In this document: positions 1 to 9,565 of the stretch, piece after piece | How the letters are laid out: each line of letters begins with the position of its first letter | How positions within the stretch are numbered: position 1 is the stretch's first letter | Origin: Akkermansiaceae bacterium | GTDB lineage: Bacteria > Verrucomicrobiota > Verrucomicrobiia > Verrucomicrobiales > Akkermansiaceae | Direction: 5' to 3' | DNA: 64,000 bases | NCBI GenBank assembly: GCA_051251915.1 | Contig: JBPOGF010000004.1 | Coordinates: 32,001-96,000, forward strand | Program-made: the position numbers and the translations under genes | Notes under the pieces: generated by a model | Told to the model about the DNA's origin: nothing | Databases searched by the model: none | Seen by the model: the letters and a program-made list of their open reading frames with translations, nothing else

Positions 1-1
1 G

Positions 2-547
2 ACGCTTGGAGATGGGTGGGAGACGACAGTAGATGTGGAGGGGGCTCAATTTGAAGTGGCGGCTAGTATCGATGGCTCGGGGACTTTGTCTGTTAGTGGA
101 GATGGAGTATTAGGGACATCTGGAGTGGTCACATTGAGGCGTGAGTTTTCTGGTATACAGTTGTTAGACAACCAAGAATATACGATTTCAATGGGAGTTA
201 GTAATAGTTCAATCGTTGGTTTGCTGGGAGACTTAGATATTGTGGTTGGGCGTACCAATGGAGCTATAGATACGGAGTTAGGTAATACAGCTAGTGTGTC
301 TGGTTTACTTGGGATTGTGGATATATTAGGTTTATTTGGGACAACTAGCACTGCGACATTTAATTTTTTAGGGTCTGATTTTGGGTCTGAGAGTTTGTAT
401 GTAGAGCTTAGGAGTCAGACAGGTCCCGATATCTTGAGTTCTGCTGTGGTGTTTGATGAATTTTCTATCACTGCGATACCTGAGCCATCTGCTTCTATTT
501 TGCTGGGTCTGGGAGGATTAGGTTTAATGCTACGCCGTCGCAACTAG
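2..547 (+). CDS. PEP-CTERM sorting-domain surface protein (5' end outside window)
   Basis: C-terminus IPEPSASILLGLGGLGLMLRRRN is a textbook PEP-CTERM signal (PEP, TM helix, Arg cluster); frame is open back to the window edge. Confidence 0.9.
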   Translation, partial: TLGDGWETTVDVEGAQFEVAASIDGSGTLSVSGDGVLGTSGVVTLRREFSGIQLLDNQEYTISMGVSNSSIVGLLGDLDIVVGRTNGAIDTELGNTASVSGLLGIVDILGLFGTTSTATFNFLGSDFGSESLYVELRSQTGPDILSSAVVFDEFSITAIPEPSASILLGLGGLGLMLRRRN

Positions 548-665
548 GCGAGGTGACTGAGGTTAGGTTGTATTTTGGAAGGTGTAGGGTTTTGCGGGAA
601 CAGTATTTGAGGAGGTTGATTTTCTTTAGATTGTTCGCTGTGGGTATTTAGATGTCTTTATGATG

Positions 666-693
666 TTGGCAAAATGATTTATTGGGGTAGCCT
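666..693 (+). promoter_or_regulatory. putative sigma70 promoter of ABC operon (probably leaderless or very short leader)
   Basis: TTGGCA(666-671)-16 nt-TAGCCT(688-693), 8 nt before ATG 702. Confidence 0.4.
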
Positions 694-701
694 TTGAATC
701 A

Positions 702-1472
702 ATGATTGAGGCGAAACAGGTAGCTAAAGTATTTAGGACGGGTAAGGGTAAGGATGATGTGAGGGCTGTAGATGGTGTGAGCTTTCGCTGTGAGCCTGGT
801 CGGGTGTTTGCTTTGTTGGGGCCGAATGGGAGTGGGAAGACGACTTTGTTGCGGATGATTTCTACGTTGATGAGTCCTGATGTGGGGGAGTTGAGGGTGT
901 CTGGGTTTGATTGTGCGAGAGAGAGTGAGGAGGTGCGGAAGCGGATAGGGTTTCTTACGGGGAGTGCGGGGCTGCATGAGAAGTTGAGTGGGCGGGAGAC
1001 GTTGGAGTTTTTTGGGAAGTTGCATGGGATTTCTAGTGAGGTTTTGAAGGCGAAGATTGCAGAGATGGTGGAGGAGTTTGATCTTGGGGAATTTATTGAT
1101 AGGGCTACGGGTAAGCTTTCGATGGGGCAGAAGCAGCGGATTATGATTGCGAGGACATTGATTCATGATCCGGAGGTGGTGATCTTTGATGAGGCTACTA
1201 CGGGACTGGATGTATTGGCGGCTAAGGGGTTGATTGATATTATCCGGGCGTGTAAAGATGCAGGGAAGACGGTGTTATTTTCGACTCATATTATGGGGGA
1301 GGTGGCGTTGCTGGCGGATGATGTGACGGTGCTGCATAAGGGGAGGCAAATTTATTCTGGGACTATAGAGGAGCTGAAGGAGAGTCAGAACGGGGAGAGT
1401 ATGGAGGAGAAGTTTATTAGTCTGTTAGAGAATGCGGATGTTGTTAGAGTGAAGGAGGTGGCGTCATGTTAG
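702..1472 (+). CDS. ABC exporter ATP-binding subunit, NatA-like
   Basis: Walker A GPNGSGKTT, signature LSMGQKQR, Walker B VIFDE, H-loop FSTH. Confidence 0.9.
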   Translation: MIEAKQVAKVFRTGKGKDDVRAVDGVSFRCEPGRVFALLGPNGSGKTTLLRMISTLMSPDVGELRVSGFDCARESEEVRKRIGFLTGSAGLHEKLSGRETLEFFGKLHGISSEVLKAKIAEMVEEFDLGEFIDRATGKLSMGQKQRIMIARTLIHDPEVVIFDEATTGLDVLAAKGLIDIIRACKDAGKTVLFSTHIMGEVALLADDVTVLHKGRQIYSGTIEELKESQNGESMEEKFISLLENADVVRVKEVASC

Positions 1473-2638
1473 AGGTGATGTGGGCTTCGCTGAAGAAAGA
1501 GATCCGTGAGGTGTTGAGGGATAAGAGGACGTTGTTGCTGACGATCTTGGTTCCGCTGGGATTTTATCCTGCGATGAGTTTGATGACGAAGGATCTGGAG
1601 CAGAAGCAGACTGCGAAGATGAGTGAGCGGGTGGTGAATGTGGCCGTGTCTGGATGGGGAGATGATAAGGCAGTGAGAGGGTTTAATTATTTGGATCCGA
1701 AGGTTAATTGGGTGGTTGCTCAGGTTGAGGATAGGCAAGCGTTGTTAGGCGCTGGTGAGGTGGATGTATTTGTGGAAGCTGAGCAGGAAGAGGTGGAGGG
1801 ATATGTGCAGCGGAAGGTGACGTTGCATTATTTTTCTACGACAAATGGGGCGATGGCGTATATGAATTTTAGGAAGCGTTTTGCTGAGATAACCGCGATG
1901 GAAGTGGTTAAGCGGATGGAGGGTAAGGAGTTTTTACTTCAGCCGATAGAAGTGGTGGATGAGAAGGATTATGCGACTGCGCGGGAGATTTCTGGGAGTA
2001 AGTTTGGTGGCATGGGGGCATATTTTATCGTGTTCTTGGCATTTACTGGGTGTATGGCTGTGGCTGTGGATACAGCTGCGGGTGAGAAGGAGCGTGGAAC
2101 ATTGGAGGCGATGCTGGTTACTCCGGCGTCGTTTATGGGGGTAGCTTTTGGGAAGTTGGTATTTATCATCATCATGGGCATGATTTCGGTGCTTTCGACG
2201 ATAGGGGGGATAGTGATAATGGTGGTGGGAGCGGATGGGGATACAGGGTTTAGTATTGGTGAGGTGGGCTTTACTTCGCTGCTTGGGATTTCGATATTGC
2301 TGCTTTCTTTGGTGTTGTTTTTTGCATCGATCTTGTTTGCGTTTTCGATCTTGGCGAAGTCGAATAAGGAGGCACATGTGAGGTCATCTATGTTGATGAT
2401 CGTGGTTGCGATGTCGCTAGTTTACTGCATTATTCCGGGTGTGGAGCTGACGAGGACTATCTTGTGGATTCCTATTTTGAATGCAGCGATGTCGATCAAG
2501 GTTCTGTGGGGTGGAGGGATGCCGCTGGGGGATTATTTCTTAGTGTTGGCGATCTTGCTAGTTCTCTCGGCACTGGTGCTGCTGTGGATCAGTAGGAAAG
2601 TGAATAATGATCGGGAGAAAGTGCTGTTGAAACAGTAG
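1466..2638 (+). CDS. ABC-2 exporter permease, NatB-like
   Basis: N-terminal KKEIREVLRDKRTL, AGEKERGTLEAML motif, several TM helices; overlaps the ATPase stop. Confidence 0.85.
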   Translation: MLEVMWASLKKEIREVLRDKRTLLLTILVPLGFYPAMSLMTKDLEQKQTAKMSERVVNVAVSGWGDDKAVRGFNYLDPKVNWVVAQVEDRQALLGAGEVDVFVEAEQEEVEGYVQRKVTLHYFSTTNGAMAYMNFRKRFAEITAMEVVKRMEGKEFLLQPIEVVDEKDYATAREISGSKFGGMGAYFIVFLAFTGCMAVAVDTAAGEKERGTLEAMLVTPASFMGVAFGKLVFIIIMGMISVLSTIGGIVIMVVGADGDTGFSIGEVGFTSLLGISILLLSLVLFFASILFAFSILAKSNKEAHVRSSMLMIVVAMSLVYCIIPGVELTRTILWIPILNAAMSIKVLWGGGMPLGDYFLVLAILLVLSALVLLWISRKVNNDREKVLLKQ

Positions 2639-2868
2639 AGGAGTCCTTAGTGGTTAAGTGCTGGAGGATGGCAAACTGAGGATCTGCCAGCATGTGTCGG
2701 ACTTGCAGCCCTTGATGATTTTTTGATCAGATATCCTAGGGCTGCGTTGCATCGTTGATGCTGCCTGACTCTGGGCTGGATATGTGTCGCACCGTTATTG
2801 CTGTCGATGCAGCTCAAGTGTTGTATGGCGCTTCTTGTTCGCGGCTTCAAATCAGATCCTTAGAAAAG

Positions 2869-2904
2869 AAAAACCCACCTCAGCGTTAGCCGAGATGGGT
2901 TTTT
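2869..2904. terminator. intrinsic terminator (bidirectional) downstream of csp
   Basis: AAAAACCCA...TGGGTTTTT stem-loop between convergent genes. Confidence 0.7.
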
Positions 2905-2921
2905 GAAAAACGTAGAGTTGA

Positions 2922-3125
2922 CTAGCAAGCTTTCACGTTTGTAGCACAAGGTCCCTTAGCACCTTCGCCTACTTCAAATGTTACATTTTGTCCTTCATCG
3001 AGTGAAGCGTAACCTTCAGCTTGTATTTCTGAGTGGTGAACAAAGAGATCTTTGCCGCCCTCACTTGGTGTGATAAACCCATAACCCTTTTCTGAGTTAA
3101 ACCATTTTACTGTTCCTGTATTCAT
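2922..3125 (-). CDS. cold-shock protein (CspA family)
   Basis: [15 protein letters not shown] (RNP1) and DLFVHHS (RNP2), 67 aa. Confidence 0.95.
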   Translation of the reverse strand: MNTGTVKWFNSEKGYGFITPSEGGKDLFVHHSEIQAEGYASLDEGQNVTFEVGEGAKGPCATNVKAC

Positions 3126-3330
3126 ATTATTTATATTGTTAAACTTAAGTTAAAATTCACCTAAGCGACATACTGATAGACTAAATAAATGGGTTTGTCG
3201 CCTTTTTTTTTGATTATTTACTAGAATTCTAATAATTTAGTAAATTGGGAGTTGTCGTAGTTGACGGTGTGGGGGCTTGACGAGGTGGGAGAGAGGGCGT
3301 TAAGTAGCAGGCATATTAACAACGTCAAAA

Positions 3331-5049
3331 ATGAGCGAAACTAACGAATACACACAGAATAAGAGACCTTTTTCTTCACAGGTAGTTGATGGAGATGACA
3401 GAGCAGCGAGCCGCGCAATGCTATATGCAGTGGGCTTTGACAAGGAGGACTTTAAGAAGCCGCAGGTCGCTGTGGCTTCAACTTGGAGCCAGGTTACGCC
3501 ATGTAACATGCACATTGATAAGCTAGCTGAGGAGAGCGCTAAAGGGGTGGATGCAGCTGGTGGTAAGTCACTTATTTTTGGAACAATCACAGTTTCTGAT
3601 GGTATTAGTATGGGGACTGAGGGGATGAAATATTCTTTGGTTAGTCGTGAAGTAATAGCAGATAGTATTGAAACTGTGGTCGGATGTGAGGGAATGGATG
3701 GGCTTGTAGCGATTGGTGGATGTGATAAAAACATGCCTGGTTGTATGATTTCAATTTCCCGTTTGAACCGTCCGGCGGTGTTTGTCTATGGTGGAACGAT
3801 TCTCCCAGGATGTACAAACATTAAGGGGAAGGATGAGGACTTGGATGTTGTGTCTGTATTTGAGGCGGTTGGAAAGCATGCTTCAGGAGAATATAATGAT
3901 GAAGAGCTTCAGAAGGTAGAGGGCTGTGCTATTCCAGGTGCGGGGTCATGCGGTGGAATGTATACGGCTAATACTATGGCAAGTGCGATTGAGGCGCTTG
4001 GGATGTCATTGCCAAGTAGTTCTGCTCAGGCGGCTGTGGGTGATGATAAAATGATCGATTGTTTTGATGCTGGTGCGGCTGTGGTCAACATGATCAATAA
4101 GGGTATCCGCCCTAGCGATATCATGACGAGAAAGTCTTTTGAGAATGCGATCACTGTGGTGATTGCTCTCGGTGGTTCTACTAATGCGGTGCTTCACCTT
4201 CTAGCGATGGCTCATGCGGCTAATGTGGAGTTGAGTATTGATGATTTTACTGAGATTGGTAAGCGCGTTCCAGTGGTAGCTGATCTTAAGCCAAGTGGTA
4301 AGTATGTGATGGCTGATCTAGTTAGAATAGGAGGAACTGTTCCGCTGATGCGCCGTTTGTTAGAGGCTGGATTGCTGCATGGTGACTGCTTGACAGTGAC
4401 TGGTAAGACGATGGCTGAGAACTTGGCGAACTCTAAGTTAGAGTATCCTGCGGATCAGAAAATCATCTTACCATTTGATGCTCCTAAGAAGAAGGATAGC
4501 CACTTACGTATTCTATATGGAAACTTGGCAACTGAGGGATCAGTGGCGAAAATTTCAGGGAATGAGGGAACTAGCTTTACAGGGACAGCAAAGTGTTTTG
4601 ATAGTGAAGAGTGTTCAATGAAGGCGATTCTAGCGGGTGAGATTTCTGCTGGTGATGTTATTGTGGTGCGCCAAGAGGGACCGAAGGGTGGACCAGGAAT
4701 GCGCGAGATGCTAGGGCCAACTGCTGCTGTTATGGGTAGAGGTTTAGGCGATAGTGTGGCGCTGATCACTGATGGTAGATTCTCAGGTGGCAGCCACGGT
4801 TTCGTGGTAGGTCATATTACTCCTGAGGCATTTGTCGGTGGAGTCATTGGGTTGCTACAGGATGGTGATGAGATCACGATTGATGCGGAGCAAAACCAGA
4901 TCAATGTGGCACTTAGCGACGAAGAAATTGCTGAGCGTAGAGCGAGCTGGACAGCACCAGAGCCGCGCTACCGTAGAGGTGTGCTGGCGAAATTCGCGAA
5001 ACTAACCACATCTGCATCACTCGGTGCGGTAACTGACGCTGGACTTTAG
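3331..5049 (+). CDS. ilvD: dihydroxy-acid dehydratase
   Basis: [53 protein letters not shown] motifs. Confidence 0.95.
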   Translation: MSETNEYTQNKRPFSSQVVDGDDRAASRAMLYAVGFDKEDFKKPQVAVASTWSQVTPCNMHIDKLAEESAKGVDAAGGKSLIFGTITVSDGISMGTEGMKYSLVSREVIADSIETVVGCEGMDGLVAIGGCDKNMPGCMISISRLNRPAVFVYGGTILPGCTNIKGKDEDLDVVSVFEAVGKHASGEYNDEELQKVEGCAIPGAGSCGGMYTANTMASAIEALGMSLPSSSAQAAVGDDKMIDCFDAGAAVVNMINKGIRPSDIMTRKSFENAITVVIALGGSTNAVLHLLAMAHAANVELSIDDFTEIGKRVPVVADLKPSGKYVMADLVRIGGTVPLMRRLLEAGLLHGDCLTVTGKTMAENLANSKLEYPADQKIILPFDAPKKKDSHLRILYGNLATEGSVAKISGNEGTSFTGTAKCFDSEECSMKAILAGEISAGDVIVVRQEGPKGGPGMREMLGPTAAVMGRGLGDSVALITDGRFSGGSHGFVVGHITPEAFVGGVIGLLQDGDEITIDAEQNQINVALSDEEIAERRASWTAPEPRYRRGVLAKFAKLTTSASLGAVTDAGL

Positions 5050-5100
5050 GCGTAATTGGCTTTAATAGTAGGTTGTAGTAAAAATAAAAGAACTAGACCT

Positions 5101-5724
5101 ATGAAATTAAAATATATATTCAGCATGGTTGCTGGTCTCATTGTGATGACCGCAATTTCATGCTCAGAAAAGACAACGACGGACACTGACGCGGGTAATA
5201 CTGCGACTGCAAAGTCTAGTGAAGCAGCGGCTTCAAGCTCGAATGTTCAGAGCGTAGTAGGCAACACGGCCTACTACGTGATGTTCAAGGGTGATGGGAG
5301 TTGAGGGATAGGTGCTAGAGCCCGTGAGGCTCTTGAAACTGTAAACGGTGTGCAAACCATCGTTCTCTCTGGCTTACGAGCCACTGTTCTCATGAAAGAG
5401 GGAGTAGCGCTTGATGAGAAGAGCGTGGCAGAGATGCTGGCTAAACAAGGACTGACTTACGAATCGGCATCTGAGGTTAAAGAAGATCCGCCTGAGGTGG
5501 TCTATGTGGTTACTGTGAGGGGTGTAGGCTGAAGTGATACTGAAGAGAGAGCTCGTGTAGCTTTCAGTAAACTTGATAAGGTAACTAACGTCTACGTTGG
5601 TAAGAGAACAGAAATCTGGATGTCTGAGGACACTCCGCTAGATGAGGATATGGTCACTACTATGCTTGATAATGAGGGGCTAATCATGGGAGGGATGGAG
5701 AAAACGGATAAATCAGCCCTCTGA
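5101..5724 (+). CDS. putative selenoprotein: lipoprotein with two tandem HMA-like domains, UGA read as Sec at codons 68 and 144 (207 aa)
   Basis: ORF-track pieces 5056-5304 and 5350-5532 and the unlisted stretch 5533-5724 share one frame, separated only by TGA (5302-5304, 5530-5532); the two halves align with each other; lipobox-like TAIS-C21; SECIS-like hairpin after each UGA. Confidence 0.8.
5317..5333 (+). promoter_or_regulatory. putative bacterial SECIS element 1
   Basis: AGAGCC-CGTGA-GGCTCT hairpin; loop begins 18 nt after UGA 5302-5304. Confidence 0.7.
5547..5565 (+). promoter_or_regulatory. putative bacterial SECIS element 2
   Basis: GAGAGCT-CGTGT-AGCTTTC hairpin (one G-U pair); loop begins 21 nt after UGA 5530-5532. 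Confidence 0.7.
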
Positions 5725-5755
5725 TCTTTATCTCTTTAGGGGATGATTGAAATTT

Positions 5756-5798
5756 AAGCCAGTGAGCTGACGTGATTGTGCGTCGTTTACTGGCTTTT
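5756..5798 (+). terminator. intrinsic terminator after the putative selenoprotein gene
   Basis: AAGCCAGTGAG...TTTACTGGCTT stem followed by T-rich tail. Confidence 0.6.
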
Positions 5799-5907
5799 AT
5801 CGTTTTACTAATTTTGTTTTGTTACTAGTTTAGGATGACTGTTCTAGTGGTATTGTTTTTTGTTTTAATTCCGTGACAATCGGAATTATCTGCATTACAC
5901 AATTACT

Positions 5908-6741
5908 ATGAAAATTAGCCTGTATAAAATTTTAGCAACTGTTTCTGCTTCAGTGATTATTTCTAGTTGTGGTTCTATGCCTATACCAGGTAGTTCACCT
6001 GAGGAGGTGCCTGCTCCAGTGGCTCCAGTGCAGGTGCCGCAGAATAGACAATATGTGGCTCCAACGGTTAAAGCTCCAGTTCCGCTAAATCCGGCTAATA
6101 ATTACTCTCGTGATATTTCAGGTAGCAGTCAGATCACTTGGAATCGAGGATCTGCTAATAGTCGTTATATTGCGCTTACTTTTGATGATGGTCCGGTGAC
6201 GTCTAATACGACTCGCTTGTTGGAGATGCTTAAGCGTAGAAATGTTAAGGCTACATTTTATGTGATTGGTACTCGTGTTCAGAGTAATCCTTCACTTGTT
6301 AGGCGCATGGTTGCTGAAGGGCATGAGATTGGTAATCACACGTGGACGCACCCTAAGTTGACATCGTTGAGCGACTCTCAGGTTCGCTCAGAGCTAAACA
6401 AGACACGCGATGCGATCACATCTGCTACAGGAATTAAACCTCGTACGATGCGCCCGCCCTATGGTGCGCTCAGCACGAGACAACGTAGCATGATCTTCAG
6501 TGAGTATGGTTACCCTACAATTCTATGGGATGTGGATCCTGAGGACTGGAGAAAGCCGGGTGTTTCGGTGGTTAGAAATAGGGTGATTAGTGGCACGAAG
6601 AATGGCTCTATCATTCTCCTGCATGATCTTCATAGTTCCTCAGTGGATGCTGTTCCTGGTATTTTGGATGAGTTGCTTCGTCGCGGATATAAGTTTGTAA
6701 CCGTTTCACAGCTTATCGCTCTTAAGAATAGCGGGCAGTAA
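5908..6741 (+). CDS. polysaccharide deacetylase (CE4/NodB) lipoprotein
   Basis: lipobox ISSC; TFDDGP, GNHTWTH, RPPYG, DPEDW, ILLHD motifs. Confidence 0.9.
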   Translation: MKISLYKILATVSASVIISSCGSMPIPGSSPEEVPAPVAPVQVPQNRQYVAPTVKAPVPLNPANNYSRDISGSSQITWNRGSANSRYIALTFDDGPVTSNTTRLLEMLKRRNVKATFYVIGTRVQSNPSLVRRMVAEGHEIGNHTWTHPKLTSLSDSQVRSELNKTRDAITSATGIKPRTMRPPYGALSTRQRSMIFSEYGYPTILWDVDPEDWRKPGVSVVRNRVISGTKNGSIILLHDLHSSSVDAVPGILDELLRRGYKFVTVSQLIALKNSGQ

Positions 6742-6746
6742 TTCTC

Positions 6747-8447
6747 ATGCTGGGGGAGGAATATCTAGACACTAGAAAGAGGTTAGAAGCGATCGTTGGG
6801 CAGATAAGGACTCTGTCTATGAGGGTAGATGCGTCCTCGCAAGAATTAGAAACAGATACAGTCGAAGAGTGTCTAACCAGTCCATTTAGGATTCTGGTGT
6901 GTGGTGAGAAAGAGAGTGGCAAGTCTGCTTTTCTTTCGTCTCTTGTTGGTAGTATTCTACCTGAGGTTGAAGGTGAATCTAGAGCCATCCAGATTTATGG
7001 GAGGTCGGTGCTGTCTCCTGAAAAGGAAGATGGCTCGCTGAGTTATCATAGGGTTAAAGAGATAGGCGAGCTGGAATTGATCGATACCCGCGGGATCGGT
7101 GAGCTAAGTGCTGATGAGTTGGAGCGGGTGAAGGAGTTGATGTCTACTTGTGACTATGTGCTGTGGATTATTTCTTCAGGGAATCCATGGGCATCGAAAA
7201 CTTGGGATCTGATCACAGAAACTAGAGAGCTGATAGGTAAGCGTAATGCGGTGGTTTTGCAGCAGGTGGATCTGCGTCCGCCGGAGGATATTCCTATTTT
7301 ACTTAACCATCTTCGCTCGCTTAGTGTGCAGCGGGTGGGGCATGCTTTGCCTATTCATTGTTTGTCGGCGAGTGTGGCGGCACGGGCGTGGAGTCATGAT
7401 TATAGAGATCCTAAAGACTGGAAGAGCTCTGGGTATGAGGAATTTGAGGTTACATTAGATCGACTGATTAGCACTAGTTACGAGCGTGTGGATGCGATGA
7501 AGTTAGTCTATAGTAGTGCTAAAACAGTTATTGATAGGCTTGAAGAGGCTATTCAGAATCGCGCTCGTGCGTTGCACGGTGATAAGCATGTGCTGCAAGC
7601 AGTGGAGGCTGAGGTGGAGAGGGCGAGGGAGAATGAAGTCAAAAATGCTCGTGAAAATCTTAATAAGCTTGGCAGTGTAGTGAGTGAGCAGGTGGAGAGT
7701 ACGGTGAGGTATGCGAGTAAGAAGAATGGTGTGATAGGGACTTTGGTTTCGCTTTTTACTCGAGGTGATGGAGCGGTGGCGGTGGAGAAGCGCTTGCAGG
7801 AATCGGTGAGTGATGCGGCTTCTGTTAGAGCTCGTGAGATAGCGTTCTCGATGCTTTCTAACTGCGAGGATCACTGGAACATTATGCGTCCGGAATTACA
7901 GCGTAAAATGGCGGTAAATGTGGTGGGCTTTGACTCTGGTGGATTTGAAAAGAAGGTGGATAATTTTTCTGCGAAGATGGAGCAGAGTACTCGTCATTCG
8001 ATGGTGTTATTGAAGCTTCGGAGATTGTTGGATAGAATGATGGTGGCTAGGCAACAGGTGTTGAAGCGAGGTTTGGTGATGGTTTTGGCTCTTATAAGTT
8101 TGGCGGGGATTGTGGGGTATTTAAGCGATGATTTGCGGAATAAGCTTCCGTTTTTCGTGCTTGGTGTTGCGGGAGTACTCGTGCTGTGGATGTTTTGGTA
8201 TGGGAAGAAGACTAAGGATGCGTTGATCAATGATTATGCGGATACGATTGTGGCTGCGAGGTTGCATTTGGCCGAGATGGTTCATGGGGATTATGTTGAT
8301 GAGGTGAGAGATTTCTTTACTGCTTACTTTCCGATGTTTGAAAACATTCGGCGTTATATTGTGGAGGCTGAGGCTGATCTTGAGCCTAAGCAGAAGGAGT
8401 GGCATGAGTTGTTTTTGATGTTGAAAGCGATAGAGCAGGAGATTTGA
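6747..8447 (+). CDS. dynamin-like GTPase-domain protein with helical stalk and C-terminal TM hairpin
   Basis: G1 GEKESGKS, G3 DTRG, divergent G4 (QQVD), long helical region, two hydrophobic segments near C-terminus. Confidence 0.6.
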   Translation: MLGEEYLDTRKRLEAIVGQIRTLSMRVDASSQELETDTVEECLTSPFRILVCGEKESGKSAFLSSLVGSILPEVEGESRAIQIYGRSVLSPEKEDGSLSYHRVKEIGELELIDTRGIGELSADELERVKELMSTCDYVLWIISSGNPWASKTWDLITETRELIGKRNAVVLQQVDLRPPEDIPILLNHLRSLSVQRVGHALPIHCLSASVAARAWSHDYRDPKDWKSSGYEEFEVTLDRLISTSYERVDAMKLVYSSAKTVIDRLEEAIQNRARALHGDKHVLQAVEAEVERARENEVKNARENLNKLGSVVSEQVESTVRYASKKNGVIGTLVSLFTRGDGAVAVEKRLQESVSDAASVRAREIAFSMLSNCEDHWNIMRPELQRKMAVNVVGFDSGGFEKKVDNFSAKMEQSTRHSMVLLKLRRLLDRMMVARQQVLKRGLVMVLALISLAGIVGYLSDDLRNKLPFFVLGVAGVLVLWMFWYGKKTKDALINDYADTIVAARLHLAEMVHGDYVDEVRDFFTAYFPMFENIRRYIVEAEADLEPKQKEWHELFLMLKAIEQEI

Positions 8448-8449
8448 AA

Positions 8450-9565
8450 ATGAGTTTAGAAAATATAGAGAAAGCGTTTTACAGGAATTTCGCCGAGTAT
8501 GGTGAACTGGGGGCTTCGCTGAGTGTTTGGAAGGATGGTGAGCGGGTTTTAAGCTTAGCGAATGGGTGGTGTGATAAAGGGCATGAGCGGGTGTGGGATG
8601 AGCGGACTCTTGTGCCGATTTATTCAGCTACTAAGGGGCCGGCGGCTTCTGTGTTGCTGATGTTGCTGGATGAAAATGGGCTAACTCCTGATGCGCGGGT
8701 TTGTCAGGTATGGGAGAATTTTCCGAATCAGCAGGCTACGTTCGGGGAGTTGATGTCTCATCAGTGTGGGTTGGCTGCGTTGGATGAGAAGGTGAGTGTT
8801 TTTGATTTTGATGGGGTTATTGAGGCGGTTGAGGGGCAGTCGCCTAATTGGGAGTTGGGGGATGGTCATGGTTATCATCCGAGGACGTTTGGTTTTCTGT
8901 TAGATAAGCCTGTTAGGTTGTTGGCAAGGAAGTCTCTTGGTGAGGTTTGGCAGGAGAGGGTGGCTGATCCGTTGGATTTGGATTTATGGATTGGGTTGCC
9001 TGAGGGTGAGCATCATCGGGTGGCTACGCTTTATCCGGGGAAGGCCGATAAGGCGGAGTTGGCGAGTGGGTTTTATAAGGAGTTTAATCAGCCGGGGACG
9101 TTGGTGAGGAGGGCGTTTGGTTCACCTCGTGGGTTGCACGGTGTGCATGAGATGAATACGGCGAAGGCTTGGGAGGCGGGGTTGCCTGCGATGGGTGGAG
9201 TGGCTACGGCGGATGCGTTGGCTAAGTTTTATCAGGCATGCATTGGGAAGGTAGATTGCTTTTCTGATGATGTTAGGGAGTGGATGGGGGATAGTCAGGT
9301 GATGGGAGATGATCTTGTGCTTATGACGCCTACGCATTTTAGCTGTGGGTTTCAGAAGGATCCGTTGGGAGTAGATGGGAAGAAGTTGAGGGGGCATTAT
9401 GGACCTTCGAGGGAGGCTTTTGGGCATCCTGGGGCTGGGGGGAGTCATGCATTTGGTGACCTTGAGAGTGGGATTTCATTTGCTTATACGATGAATCAGA
9501 TGGATCTCGCAGTTCTTCCTGGGGCGAAGAGTTTGAATATGATTGATGTTTTATACGCGTCTTAG
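8450..9565 (+). CDS. serine hydrolase, beta-lactamase class C/EstB-like family
   Basis: SxxK (YSATK), LMSHQCGL, GYHP, FGHPGAGGS; ATG 8450 preferred over TTG 8444. Confidence 0.85.
   Translation: MSLENIEKAFYRNFAEYGELGASLSVWKDGERVLSLANGWCDKGHERVWDERTLVPIYSATKGPAASVLLMLLDENGLTPDARVCQVWENFPNQQATFGELMSHQCGLAALDEKVSVFDFDGVIEAVEGQSPNWELGDGHGYHPRTFGFLLDKPVRLLARKSLGEVWQERVADPLDLDLWIGLPEGEHHRVATLYPGKADKAELASGFYKEFNQPGTLVRRAFGSPRGLHGVHEMNTAKAWEAGLPAMGGVATADALAKFYQACIGKVDCFSDDVREWMGDSQVMGDDLVLMTPTHFSCGFQKDPLGVDGKKLRGHYGPSREAFGHPGAGGSHAFGDLESGISFAYTMNQMDLAVLPGAKSLNMIDVLYAS

Noticed and set aside
2647..2850. 67-aa ORF between the ABC permease and csp
   Set aside because: TTG start downstream of the csp terminator and no recognisable motif; cannot be supported
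5101..5724. Pseudogene with two nonsense mutations, or three separate small genes
   Set aside because: Both stops are TGA at the equivalent Cys-like position of two repeats, each followed by the same hairpin; the fragments have no convincing independent starts. Not fully excluded until the sel genes are found.
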